Origin: Amoebophrya sp. A120 | Lineage: Eukaryota > Protista > Dinoflagellata | NCBI GenBank assembly: GCA_905178155.1 | Contig: CAJINV010000010.1 | Coordinates: forward strand, 2,810,587 to 2,874,586 | Direction: 5' to 3' | DNA length: 64,000 bases | In this document: positions 49,958-61,220 of the stretch, one piece after another | How positions within the stretch are numbered: position 1 is the stretch's first letter | Layout: each line of letters starts with the position of its first letter | Made by a program: the position numbers and the translations under genes | The notes under the pieces: model-generated | The model's input: the letters and a program-made list of their open reading frames with translations, nothing else | Database searches by the model: none | What the model was told of the DNA's origin: nothing

Positions 49958-52537
49958 CTACACAAACTCCTCCAACATGGACACAATATCCTGCTCGTCG
50001 ATCTTCCGAATGTCCTTCACCACGGGTTGGTTCATTTCCTTCGCGTGTAGTTTGTCCTCCAACTTCACGGACCACGGAATCGCGTTCTGCAGCCCCTGCT
50101 TTCGGTTCGCGTACTCATCCAAAACCGCGATCCTGTTCGGAATACACTTCTTCTTGTTGTTGGGGTTTTTCGTCGTGGAAGTCGTGGCAGATGAACTGCT
50201 TGTTCCCCCTGCACTGCTCTCCGTGATGTTCAGCCGGTCCAAATCGTGCGCGAGGTCGGAATCGGACTCGTCGTCCATCGCGTCTAACTCATCCTCCGCA
50301 TTCCCCGCCCGTCTGCTTAACTTCGTCTTTCTCTTTTCCTATGCATTACAAAAGCATCGTACTAGTAGAAATTGCAATACAAATTGGCTCAGCATTACAA
50401 ATTGAATTTCTGATGCTGTTTTACCTTCGGAAAAATATTTGTCATGCATAATTGCAACTACGTCGAGTACGATACTTTTGCACTGCATATTTCGGCTTTT
50501 TTCTCAATCTCCTTTTTCGTGGTGTTCTGGAATTGCTCCTCCTCCTCTGGATCGCAGGCTTTTCATATCAGAGCGCACAACTCCCCCTCCCCCGCATTTG
50601 TGTTGCATGAACAGCAAGACAAACACCAGCACACGTGGAGCCTGTGCATGACAAATTCAACATGTGCCTAGTGTAGTACCGTCTGGGTTCCTTCCGAAAT
50701 CTGTCATGCATAATAGCGATACAAGGGAAGCACTTGAATGTGGAATTTTGCATGACAAATGAGGGGAAGGGGAGTTCGAGTTTTGCACTCTCATATTCCA
50801 TCGGTACTTCATCGGGCAGATGTGCTCCTGGCAGTTTTGAAACGGGGACAGCCCCCACATCGTGAAGGAGTCGGTGAGAGGAATGTCCCGCGGTCGACGC
50901 TTATCCTGTGCAAAAGTATCGCACTCGTATAAAAAATGCCAGACTAGCATGACAAATCTGGTTTCTTAGGTAATTTAGCATGACAAATTCAATTTTTGAT
51001 GCTGAGCGAATTCGTAATGCAATGTATACTACTAGTACGACGCTTTTGCAGTGAATAACGCTTCTCGCAGCAGTCGATGAGCTCCCCGTTCACGTAGGCC
51101 ACGGCGAGGCGGTCCGCGTAGGTGACACTGATGTGGTAGTTTTTACGATGTGTTGCATCGACGCAGGCAGTAACACCAGTAAATGCGACCTACGTGCGCC
51201 ACGAAAACACTTTGTCATGTGATAACCATCGATCCATTGCAAAGACGATTATGTCATGCAAAAGCAAATGGAAAGAACACCCCTAATACCTCTCCGGCTC
51301 TTTGGAGTAAAACGCCATCTGCTTGTAGAGCCACCCGTCCAACGCCTCCACCTTGAACAAGTCCACCCACGCCTGCGCCTCCACGTTGTCTCTTGGTGGT
51401 AGAAACGGTCTTTCTATCACCACCGGAATAAACCGTTTGAAAGCTTCTAGTATCGGAAGTTTTGCGGCGTTCATGTCGTACAGCTTCTTTTATGCTGTGC
51501 AAAAGTATCGCGCTCGTACTACTTAATTGCAAATATGCATGACAAATCTCCCCCCTAAGGTAAAACAGCATCACAAATTCCACTTTTGTTCTTGCCAAAA
51601 TTTGTAATGCAATTTATACTAGTACGTTACTTTTGCAATGCATATCTTTTCTATCAAGACGTCCTGGATCTCCGCCCTACTCCTGGAACACAGGGAAACA
51701 AAGGGGACCATGCACTGCACGCGGTAGAAGGGTTTTCGGAACTTGTTATGCACCTTATCCGTGTCGGAAATCGGCCAGACGAGCAGGCCGAGGAAGAAGC
51801 AGATATACACCGCGAAAGTAATGGCACTATTGGTAATTGCAGTCATAGATTGCAAATCTTTATCAATCTTAACGTAGATCCGCATGACAAATTTCAACTT
51901 CCATGCTGAGGAAATTTGTAATGCAATTACCGGTAATAGCACCCTACTTTTGTGATGCGTAACAGAGGATGGCGAAGCTTTTCCAGGTGCCGTCCGCGAG
52001 ATTTCGGTAGAGCTTCAGCTGAATCCAGGAGCTGAACCACAGATTATCGTAGTTGTTCTGCCCCATTTTCTTATTTGTTATGTGCGCTTAGTCGACGTTA
52101 TCGTAGGGTGCAGAAGTTCGGTACCGCCGAACAATCGGCGGTGTGTAGTCGCGTTCCTGTCCACCTCTTTCTGGATCGATATTTACAGCGATGTTGATGC
52201 TGCAAGCCGGATTTCACCTCCCCTGAAAACTACAGCGGCGCCGGAAAAAGATTGCGGTCGACCACCGGTCCTGATGGTAACCAGCGGGTGGGGGCTCGTT
52301 AGCGGCCGGAGCTGGCTGCTGCGCCCCTGCTGCTGCCTTTCGTCTAGGTGAGGTATCTGCTGTTAGAGAGGATGAAATTGCTGGGGAAGGCGGTTCGTCG
52401 ATGTTGTATACGCGAAGTTGCTTGAGATTGTACGCTGTTTTCCTGCGGCGCTTGATCTTATTCCGAATGGAGCTGTGGCAAGATAATTCCGTGGAGAGGC
52501 TGAGATATGAGAGCTCCCCGAAAGAGGATGCCGTCAT
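49958..52537 (-). CDS. Multi-exon protein of unknown function with one putative TM segment and a possible LamG/ConA-like strand
   Basis: Frame restored across 5 introners (SFAILC|FFLGLLVW, IEK|KLYD, CEKR|RPRD, YRW|KACD, KAE|KRK). YHISVTYADRLAVAYVNGEL. 5' end uncertain: ATG at 52066 or 52537. Confidence 0.6.
50340..50489. mobile_element. Introner family A
   Basis: TSD tttcc/tttcg. Confidence 0.9.
50566..50795. mobile_element. Introner family B
   Basis: Family B TIR; TSD tttca/ttcca. Confidence 0.88.
50902..51057. mobile_element. Introner family A
   Basis: TSD acgct. Confidence 0.9.
51491..51644. mobile_element. Introner family A
   Basis: TSD tcttt. Confidence 0.9.
51804..51961. mobile_element. 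Degenerate introner family A
   Basis: tat...gta ends; TSD gcaga/acaga. Confidence 0.8.
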
Positions 52538-54105
52538 GGTGAGTTGTACGAATTGATTTTATAGGAGGAGGGTCACAAACCTAACCCTTAGGTCCGCACC
52601 GGACTTACGGACCACCTTATATCAAACGGGCCGGGGGCCTAATTCCATTTCAAACCAACTTCAAACTCATTTCAAACATTTTCGAAATTGCGCTTTTCAG
52701 GTTAGAGTGAGCGGCCTGCTTGGGCTCTCCGAAGCCCTCACCGAAGGCGCCAAAGGGGCCCGCTTTGGAACGCAGGAGAGCTCAATCTTCAGCCAGCAAA
52801 CAATCCTGCCACACAATTATAGAGCCCTCCCTAGGCTAAATTGGAACGACATACCGCCACGAATGTCCCCAGTCAAAGAACCCGAATTCCAGTGCCTGCG
52901 CCCCCCGCGGCCCTGCGTAAGAAATACATAATTCCCCAAAATAGAAACTGCCACCCCTCTTGCATGCCGGCAGAAAGGGTCCCCGGGGCTCTCGTCGCGG
53001 GGGCCTTCATGCCTCTACCTTCGAAGGAAACACCTCCACCGGGGCCCCGCCTGTTGTTGCACATGCCACACACAGCGGCGCAACGCGACAGATGTGCCCG
53101 TGCCTGGCTGCCTCCTAGCAGACCCATCAGACCCCAATGCGCGAGCAGCCCAGGCCCAACGACCACAACAAGCAACCGGGGGGCAACCCGACAGGTAGAG
53201 CTCAGCGCCCGGGCTACAGCAGACGTTGATCTCCATTCAAGTCAGGTGGCCAGCATTCGCCGGCGCGAAGCGCCGGCCCCAGCAGAAGCGGGGACGACCT
53301 CACAAAAAGACGACTGCAGTCCGGCGTTTGAAGTTGGTTCGAAAAATCCAATCCGCCGTTTGAAGTTGGTCCGAAAAACCCAATCCGGCGTTTGAAGTCG
53401 GTCCGAAAAGTCCAATCCGCCGTTTGAAGTTGACCGGAAAAACCCAATCCGCAGTCTGAACCAAATTCAGTCCAAAAAAGTCTGGGCCTGGATTCTAACA
53501 TGGCGGATTTTTTTGGACTGTTTTTGGACTGTTTTTGGATTGACCTGGATTGCTGCCGGATTGTCTGTCGGACTGATCTGGACTGCCTGCTTTCGCAGTG
53601 CGGGTCTTCGGCTGCTAGAAAGAGCAACCGCCGCCGCCTGCGCTCGCTCGGCGTCCCAATGGCAGCCAACAGGCGCGCCGCCTCTTGTGCCTTTGGAGGG
53701 GCGGAGGGTCGCAAGATTAGGCTTCTCCGACTGCGCTTTCCGCTTGCAGCAGCAGCAACATTAAGACCAAGCGCAGAAGCCAGGGGGAGTTGGCTTGGAC
53801 GTTCGCAAGACACTACTTGCCCCTCCTCCCTCGGCGGTCCGCCTCACGCCAAAAGCTGGCGCGCATTTATATGGCGCAGGGGATGAAGGCAAGGCTCTGC
53901 TGTGCCTTGGCCGTGCTGTCGCCTACTCGGCCACCCTGGACGGAGCGGCGCTCGCCCTCATGGCTAAGCATGGAGAAAATGAACCGCATTAACAACGCGG
54001 CGCCCATCATTGATTTGTCTGCTTCCATTGGAGGAGGCTGAGATATGAGTAGAGCTCCCCGAAAGAGGATGCCGTCATGGTGAGTTGTACAAATTGATTT
54101 TGTAG
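52496..54105. repeat. About 70-bp direct repeats flanking a 1.47-kb GC-rich segment
   Basis: 52496-52564 and 54034-54105 differ by one 3-nt indel and two substitutions. Confidence 0.92.
53321..53460. repeat. 32-bp tandem repeat, 4 copies plus a partial
   Basis: ccgScgtttgaagttggtYcgaaaaaYccaat at 53321, 53353, 53385, 53417 and partial at 53449. Confidence 0.93.
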
Positions 54106-54956
54106 TTGTTCGATCACAGAGCGGGGGCAAACATGATTTCTTGTGCTTTTTGCAAACTACAAGCGGGACATCAAGAACACGATTGACGGGATACATAAAA
54201 CAAAGTAAAGGTAGTTGATAAACAGGAGATTTGGGGATGAGGGTCGACGATCCAGGGTAAGTATGATGAACGGTGATCCGGCGAGAATTGAATAATACAA
54301 CTTGCAACTATATAGCTCGTGCACATGACCAGAAGCCAGAGCCAACAAGCTAAAGAGAATCGATTTTGATCCGCTCCCCCCGGAAAATGATCCTCAGAAA
54401 CGCTCGCAGAGACTTCTCACGAATACGAAATCTGAAAGTTGATCGTTTTGCAGTTTACAAGCCGAGTCGAGTTCATTTGTGAAGATAACCAGGCAAGCAC
54501 TAGATGTAGATATCGAACCACCACAGGATCAGGAACGTGCAATAAACCCAGATCGCGAAGGAAAAATCGACGAACCAAAACAGCGTAATCTTGATTTTGA
54601 TACGCGAAGATGCAGTTGTAGCTACTCACTTAGCAACTACACAAGAAGTCGAAACTAGTCTCGTGGTTTCTAATCGTTCACTTTGCTCCTTCTTGTTCCG
54701 TGTCATCAGCAAATAAAGCTATAGTAAATTCATCAGGGACATTTATTCGTGAAACATCAGGCCGTGTGCGATTTGGTTTTTACCATTTCGTTTCAAAAAG
54801 TTACTCGCAACCACCACGGCTTGGGCTTCTTCCTTTCTACCGTTTGCGCGCGTTCATTTCTCCAGTTTCTAACTCTATGCTTCCGCTGTCTGCAGATAAA
54901 AATGCGAAGTACATTCATCGAAGTTAATCTTAATGTTAACATTCCCATTCCACCAA

Positions 54957-57900
54957 CTATTGCTTCATCGTGTAATACCGCTGGATTAAATTGAACCCCT
55001 GGCCTATCGTGAGAAAAAAGTGTTTCACTGTGATGATTTTGCAAGATCTGCATCACAAGTTTGCTACACGTGACAACGAAACTTTGCCATGCGCGCTTCC
55101 CAAGTCAAAACACGCTTGAAAATCCTACGTCTTGCATGTGTAGCAAGACAGACAGCGTTGTGTTTCATTTCCTGCATCACAAGTTCACAGTGAAACAGTT
55201 TTTTCTTGCAATATGGTCGACCAAATTGACCGTCCCAGATCGCGGATTTGTTAAAGGAAACGCATTCGGAGCTAGCTTGTTCACGGACGACTTCTTTTCC
55301 GCCAAAACCGCGTGCATGCCCATCAACGCGTTTTCGGTTCGCCAATTCGGGCACATCTTTTTTAGCCGAGCCGGCATAAAATCCGTGGACAGAATTGATG
55401 GCGGGTAGACGTACCTGAATCATTCATAATTTGGATTTAGGAAAAATGAAAAGAAAAAGATTTTTTGATTTGTGATGCAAGATAGCACAACATCAAGTAG
55501 CTGCAAGCAATTCTTTGTACCAGCATCTGACTTTCTCTAAGTTCTTCAACATGTTCTCCGCCTGCTTCTGCGTAAACTGCCTAGAATATGTCGCCAGATC
55601 GCGCGTGACCTTTCCTTCCGGCCATTTTACGAACCAATTGATGGACTCCGTGACGGGTGCGACTTTCTGCTGTGCGGTTTTCCCATCGACGTTCATCTGG
55701 GAAAACAGCGGGAGTTGGTTCACCTTGCTTGCCAAGAATTGCTGATACGGGATCTCAAAACTGTTTTTGATGAAGATTGGAATACAGCCCGCGAAGAGGG
55801 ACCTGGACACGTCGACCGGAGGATTGGTCAAGTAGCAGAACTGGGATTTTCGGGTCTCTAGAAGAAGCTCCGCTTTGTCGCTCTGATGTGGTAGTGGTAG
55901 ATGTCTTTTTGCATAGTTCAGTGGGTCTTGTTTGATATTTCTATAGTATGTGGGAGCTCTTCTAGAAGATGAGGCTAGTAGAGTTGACTTTGTGATGCAA
56001 GAAATCTGTGTACAAAAATGCTGACTCTGTGTCTGTCACGACACCTCAAGTGGTGGAGCAATAGAATACGCAAGATGAGACAGATGTTGAAGCAGGAGAA
56101 GTTCCAACTGCAATTACTCATACCGGTCTCGCCTCGGGAATTTTCATGTCGCCGAACGATTCCCTTCCCTCCGTCGGTTTTCCTGCTTTTTCCCAAGTCG
56201 TCATCCACTCTAGTAGGCCCGTCTGGCCGAACTCCGTTATTGCCGAAGAATCTGCTCTATGCACTGTAAATGTATCGTAAGTACTAGTACAAATCGCAAT
56301 ACAAATTGACTCAGCATTACAAATTAAATCTGTAATGCGGATTTACCTAACCAACTAGATTTGTAATGCATAACTGCGATTACTACGAGTACGATATTAC
56401 TTTTGCACAGGATATGCTCTGCCGCCAGCCGCACCTGCAAAAGAGGCCCCAACGAAGGGGCGCCCGGTCCAGGTGAACCGGAGCGCGTCGTCCTGGTCCA
56501 GACGGAGCATAGCGCTTGGAATGGGAACGTCTGCGGGAGCGCGGGAGAGCTGATGTGTCATTACATGAAGAGTAGGTACTAGTGCAAAAACGAAGTACTT
56601 ACATCCTGCAAGTGCAACGTACTAGAGCAAATTTTTACACTTGCTTTGTGAAAAAATAAAGTACTACTTTATTTTTTCACAAGATGAAAGTGAAACACAA
56701 CCACTTATGTTACCGCGAACTGCTCCACTAACAGCCCCAAGCTTTCTCGGCCCGGAATCATGATGTCTTTTGAAAAGGAGAAGTGGCTCCCGCCTTCCGT
56801 GAAAAGCAATATGGACTCGCTGACAACCTCCTTCGCGATCCTTTCCAGCGGAAAGCCGGAAGCTAACTTCCCCGTCAGCGCAAACACGTGGTCACGGCCG
56901 TTGGATCTTTTGAAGTAAGGTAGTAACTCCTTATCTTCCACAAATTGTTTGAAGTCCTCGACAAATTTCGCCTCCGATACTTCATGCTCCTTGTCTGCTC
57001 GTAAAACTTCCCACTCGCAGGCGGAATACTGCGGCACGAAGAATATGACAGCCCACAACTCCCCCTCCCCTTCATTTGTCATGCAAAAGCCCAAATCCAG
57101 TTGCTACCTTCCTTGTGGCGCCGTGTGCATGACAAATTACTGATGAAATCGAAACAGTACTAGAATCGGCGCATGAACTTGTCATCCACAGGGTCCACCT
57201 GTACTGGTGTTTGTGATGCTGTTGATGCCAACACACAAATGGGCGGGAGGGGGACTTGTGCACTTCCATAAAGAAGAAGTCCGCTTCATTGGGGTCCTCC
57301 GTTCGGCAGTTCGGACAGGCGAGAAACCAGTGGTGCAGATCGACCTCCGCGCCGGTCTGGTCTATGCAGTGCAAAAGCATCGACTTCGGATCAACGTTAC
57401 TACCGGTTTGATGTGATGCAGAGGAGCGCAATAACTAAAGTACGAGTAAGGCAAGGGTAAGAAAACAGATCTGTCATGTCAAACTGCAACTTGCACGGCT
57501 TGGCACGCTTCTTGTTCTTTTGCACTGCATATGCTCCAATTGCCTACAATACGAGCCGCCGGATCGCATGAAAGCATTGCTGCTCGGGGTTGTGTCGTAC
57601 ACAAAAACCTTGAAGCTAGACTGCAGTGTGGGCAGCGTGATGTTCTGGCTTCCACTCGATCCATCCGCTGCGGAAACCTCCCAAGTGTTCGCGAAATCGG
57701 GGGTTGGGGTGTTAGGGTTTAGAGAGTCCGTCGGCCACACGTTGTACGCATTCCCGATGGGAACGCGTGTGCCAGTGCCCTCGTCAAGAATTGTCCTCTC
57801 CTTTATCCAGATGAAAAAACGTGACCCATTTCCATCCATGTTATTTTGCATGACAAACACTGCGTGCATTTGATGCATATTCTTTTGCATGACAAATTGA

Positions 57901-59556
57901 TGCATGGCGGTGGGTCATCCTTTTTTGTGGATATCCTTTCCAAGCTCGGAGACGAACAGCTGCTCCTGTCGCGCTATCATCTGCCCCGTAATCGGCCAGT
58001 GGTACGTGTCCTCATCCGCCGGAATGGGAGAGAGTTCGGTTAGTGCGGCGTCTTTCTCCGAAAGGTTGTTGAAGCTGTATTTTGAATGGGACTGGGTAGG
58101 TGCTGGATAAGTCGAGTCAGAAGAAAAAAGTTTGTGTCTTATCAACTTGCAGCACTTGGTTTTTGTAAAGAAACCAGATCGCCGCGTGTCACACCCTATA
58201 AGTTTCTGCGAGGTGCGATTGAAAAAAAGATTGCTACTTACTTTCAAAAGTAGAAACAGGTCGTGATTCAACTTTTCTTCACTTTGCGGTCGGTGATATG
58301 AAAAAATACTAGTTTTTTGTGACAAAATATGCGCTCAAGCGTGGATGCTGTACAAGTTGAAAAATTTCGATATCAAAAATGCAGCATACCACCGTGAAAA
58401 AAAAAATTTAGTGACACACTTTGTTCGAGGGTTTGATTTTTACAATTTAGTGACACAATTTGTTCGAGGGTTTGATTCTTACACCAGATTGTGCAAATAA
58501 TTCCTGCACTTCTACCACGTCGGTAACCAACGGAGGCACTTGATACGATGAATAGCAAGCATCGCAAAACCCTTAGTACCGACTTATCGTCCCCGCGGGC
58601 ATCTGTCTCACCAGGGACTCCAAAATGCGATAGACTTGAAACCCGGCCTCCAAATCGAGCAGCGCGAACCACTTGTACCGGGCTAGGTAGTAAAAAAACG
58701 TGACCACGCCGAGGTAGCATCGCGATATTTGGGAACCCGACACGCCGGCCACGTATTCGCCGGTGCCCGGCTGCGGCTCCAGCGTGAATTGGACAAACTT
58801 GGAAAAATAACCCCTGATATCCCATGCGAAATAAGCATATCGCACTGGTACTAATTGCAGTAGAATTACAACAGCACTGCATTTTTTCCCAGTCAGTCTC
58901 ATATTGGTACCTGACCCAGCATGACAAGCTGCGTTGATTTATTTTCAAGATTGTTGGCGAACTCTGTAACGCAATTCGTACTTGTGCGACGCTTTTTGCA
59001 CTGCCTACCTAGACTGGTCCAGCATTTCCGCCCCGTACATGCGCTTCCAGTCCGAATGCGCGGTGAACGCCGGGCCGAGGCGCTCTTCCGCCTCTTTGTA
59101 CATGTTATCGCAGGCAAAAACGGTCTCAGTGATCTCAACTTGTAATGCGGACATTCTTTGAGACAGTTTCTTGTCGTGCTCGACATGCAAGGGAGGCGTC
59201 CTTCATGTGTGTTTTTCTGTGTCTGACGCATGACAGGTTTCGCCTGTCATGCTGCCCGACTTTGGTGTCTCATATATTAATTCAAATTCTGTGCAGGCTC
59301 GAGACTGAGAAACTTTTTTCCCGCAATACATGTTTGCCTGGATGTAATCGTCCGGCAAAGTGAGCATGTGCCGCAATTCCTTCCACATTGGGTCGTCGTG
59401 GTCGCATTTTGGGTCCTCTTTCAGCCATTTGTAAACTTGCTCCGCCGCCGGATCTGCTGCGGGGGGCGGGTCCAGGGCTAGGGAAGGAGGAGCAAAAATG
59501 CTGGTGGTGAGGAGCAAAACGAGAGGCGAGAAGAGGGCTGGAGCGAGTGGTTTCAT
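54957..59556 (-). CDS. Exostosin-family (GT47) glycosyltransferase with signal peptide
   Basis: FKVFVYD, GAEVDLHHWFL, RTEDPNEADFFF|VPQYSAC, LPYFKRSNGRDHVF, KDIMIPG, SLFAGCIPIFI. Hydrophobic N-terminus MKPLAPALFSPLVLLL. Confidence 0.85.
55005..55213. mobile_element. Introner family C
   Basis: Close copy of 5111-5319; TSD tggcc/tggtc. Confidence 0.9.
56258..56414. mobile_element. Introner family A
   Basis: TSD tgctc. Confidence 0.9.
56646..56682. repeat. Perfect 18-bp inverted repeat with 1-nt centre (intronic)
   Basis: ttgtgaaaaaataaagta-c-tactttattttttcacaa. Confidence 0.95.
57044..57270. mobile_element. Introner family B (opposite orientation to 2034)
   Basis: TSD aagaa; EADFFF|VPQY restored. 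Confidence 0.88.
57363..57531. mobile_element. Introner with family A termini and diverged interior
   Basis: TIR tatgcagtgcaaaag; TSD tggtc/tgctc. Confidence 0.8.
57804..57933. mobile_element. Introner family D
   Basis: TIR tatcca..aaaaa..tgaccca; TSD tcctt. Confidence 0.85.
58405..58482. repeat. 39-bp tandem duplication, probably intronic
   Basis: aatttagtgacacaMtttgttcgagggtttgattYttac x2. Confidence 0.9.
58818..59007. mobile_element. Degenerate introner family A with GT-AG-compatible ends
   Basis: Decayed TIR; flanks cctga/cctag; sense strand reads AG|GTAGG...ATATCAG|G. Confidence 0.7.
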
Positions 59557-59859
59557 TTTGATACTCTTTTGTGGTTCTACTATGGAAAAAATGCGGTCGG
59601 AAGCAACAAGGGTGAAAAATGGTTCCGAAACTACAACGGGCGGGGAATGCTAGGAACGCGTAACTATCTTTCTACTTATGAATCAAAAAGCACTAAAATC
59701 CAAGGCTGAGCCTTACCTTCGCCAAACATATCGTTCGCGAAGGGAACTAGAAACACACCTACTTGCTGGCCACACAACACAAGATCAAGACCACCAGGCT
59801 AGAATTTTATGACGGGCGAACTTCACCAAACATTGGCTCGAGCTCGACGAACACTAAGC

Positions 59860-61220
59860 ACGAGGCTACGCCGCATCAGCAGGCACTGCCTGGTGCGCCT
59901 TGCATGTTCGCGCATTGTACTTGTAGCGATGATCACAAGGACACAGAGCCACACTCGCACCGCCATGGTGAAGCTTGCCTCCGACAACCAATAAGTAATG
60001 CCAACTGCGCCGCCGAGGCCGAGGGACAACGCCGGCCCAACAAAAAGAAGCGGCGCCAACCGACCCACCCGCAGGCACGCAAGGCCAATCGCCCCGGCCG
60101 CCCCCGCTCTGGAAGGATCCGGTCGAACGACTTTTGGACGGCCAGGCGGCATACGCAAGGGCACTCCGCGCGGGCGCCACCCGCCGTCCGACCAAGGGGC
60201 GGGCGAGGCGCGCGCCCAACCTTCCAGGGCCACCGACCACACAACAGCCAGGCAACTGCCACGGCCTACCTACCACCGGGGCAACAGACTGACTGGCCGG
60301 GCGGGCCGGCCGGCCGCCCCACCGCGAAGGTGACACACAGAAAGAAAAACAGAGACCCAGCATGGGGGTGCCTGGCCTTACTTTCCAGAGAGTGGTCGTA
60401 TTTTGGCCGGGCCCTGTCCTGGTCGAGCGTCCTTGGGCCCCGGCCGATCTGCTTCGGGTTCGTGCCGTGCCCGGCCGGCCATATGGAACCCCGGCCCAAC
60501 CCGGCCGCGCCCCCCCGCGCGGCGCGATAAATCGGCGCCCCACCCAATGGGCTGCTTGCAAGCAAGGACGGAACGAAGGCAGGGGGGCGGGCCGGCAAGG
60601 GCCCACAGATGAAGCCTGCGCATTGTCACACAGATGAAGCCACGACGCGCGAAATAGCCCGAGGCGCGCGCTTTCGTCGGTGCGGTCTCTCTTGGATAAG
60701 TGCGGCGGCTCTGAGGGACTTCAGGCGGAAGACTTCGCTGCCATAGTTTATGAGCAGGCTGCCCAGTGCGACTTCCCTCCTAAGCCTGTGCAAGCTGGGG
60801 CCGGGGCACCCTAGCGCGCCATCCCCCGGGGCTCCACAGCTGCCCCCGCCCCTGGCCGCCCAACAAGGGGGGGGGGGCGCCGCGCGCCCCACGCAGGCAG
60901 GGCCTGGCTCACTGGCGTGCGCGCGGCGGCCGGGCGCAGCCCAGAGGGGGCAGCCTCGCACCCCGCGCCAGTGGGGGCACGCAACCAACGCCCTGCAGGG
61001 GCGCCCGCTCCCCGGTTTCGGACATCTTCCCCGCGAACCGGCCGAAGCTGGTCACCCTTACAGGCGGGCCGGCTGGGCGTCGCGTAACGCGGGGAACTGA
61101 GCGCGCAGCGCTCCACGTTGGCACCAAGAGCGCGGCCACCCGGCGCCACCCTTCTCGTCCTTGCTGTGTTAGGCGCCAGGGGATTTCGTTCCAGTCGGGT
61201 CTAATAAAGGCGCGAGCAAC
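59860..61220. other. GC-rich intergenic block
   Basis: Composition; limits approximate. Confidence 0.75.

Noticed and set aside
52577-52590. Telomere-like aaacctaaccct (also ccctaaccct near 46761)
   Set aside because: Fewer than two full units; compatible with chance.
53321-53460. CRISPR-like 32-bp repeats containing GTTTGAA
   Set aside because: Units are contiguous with no spacers, so this is a tandem repeat.
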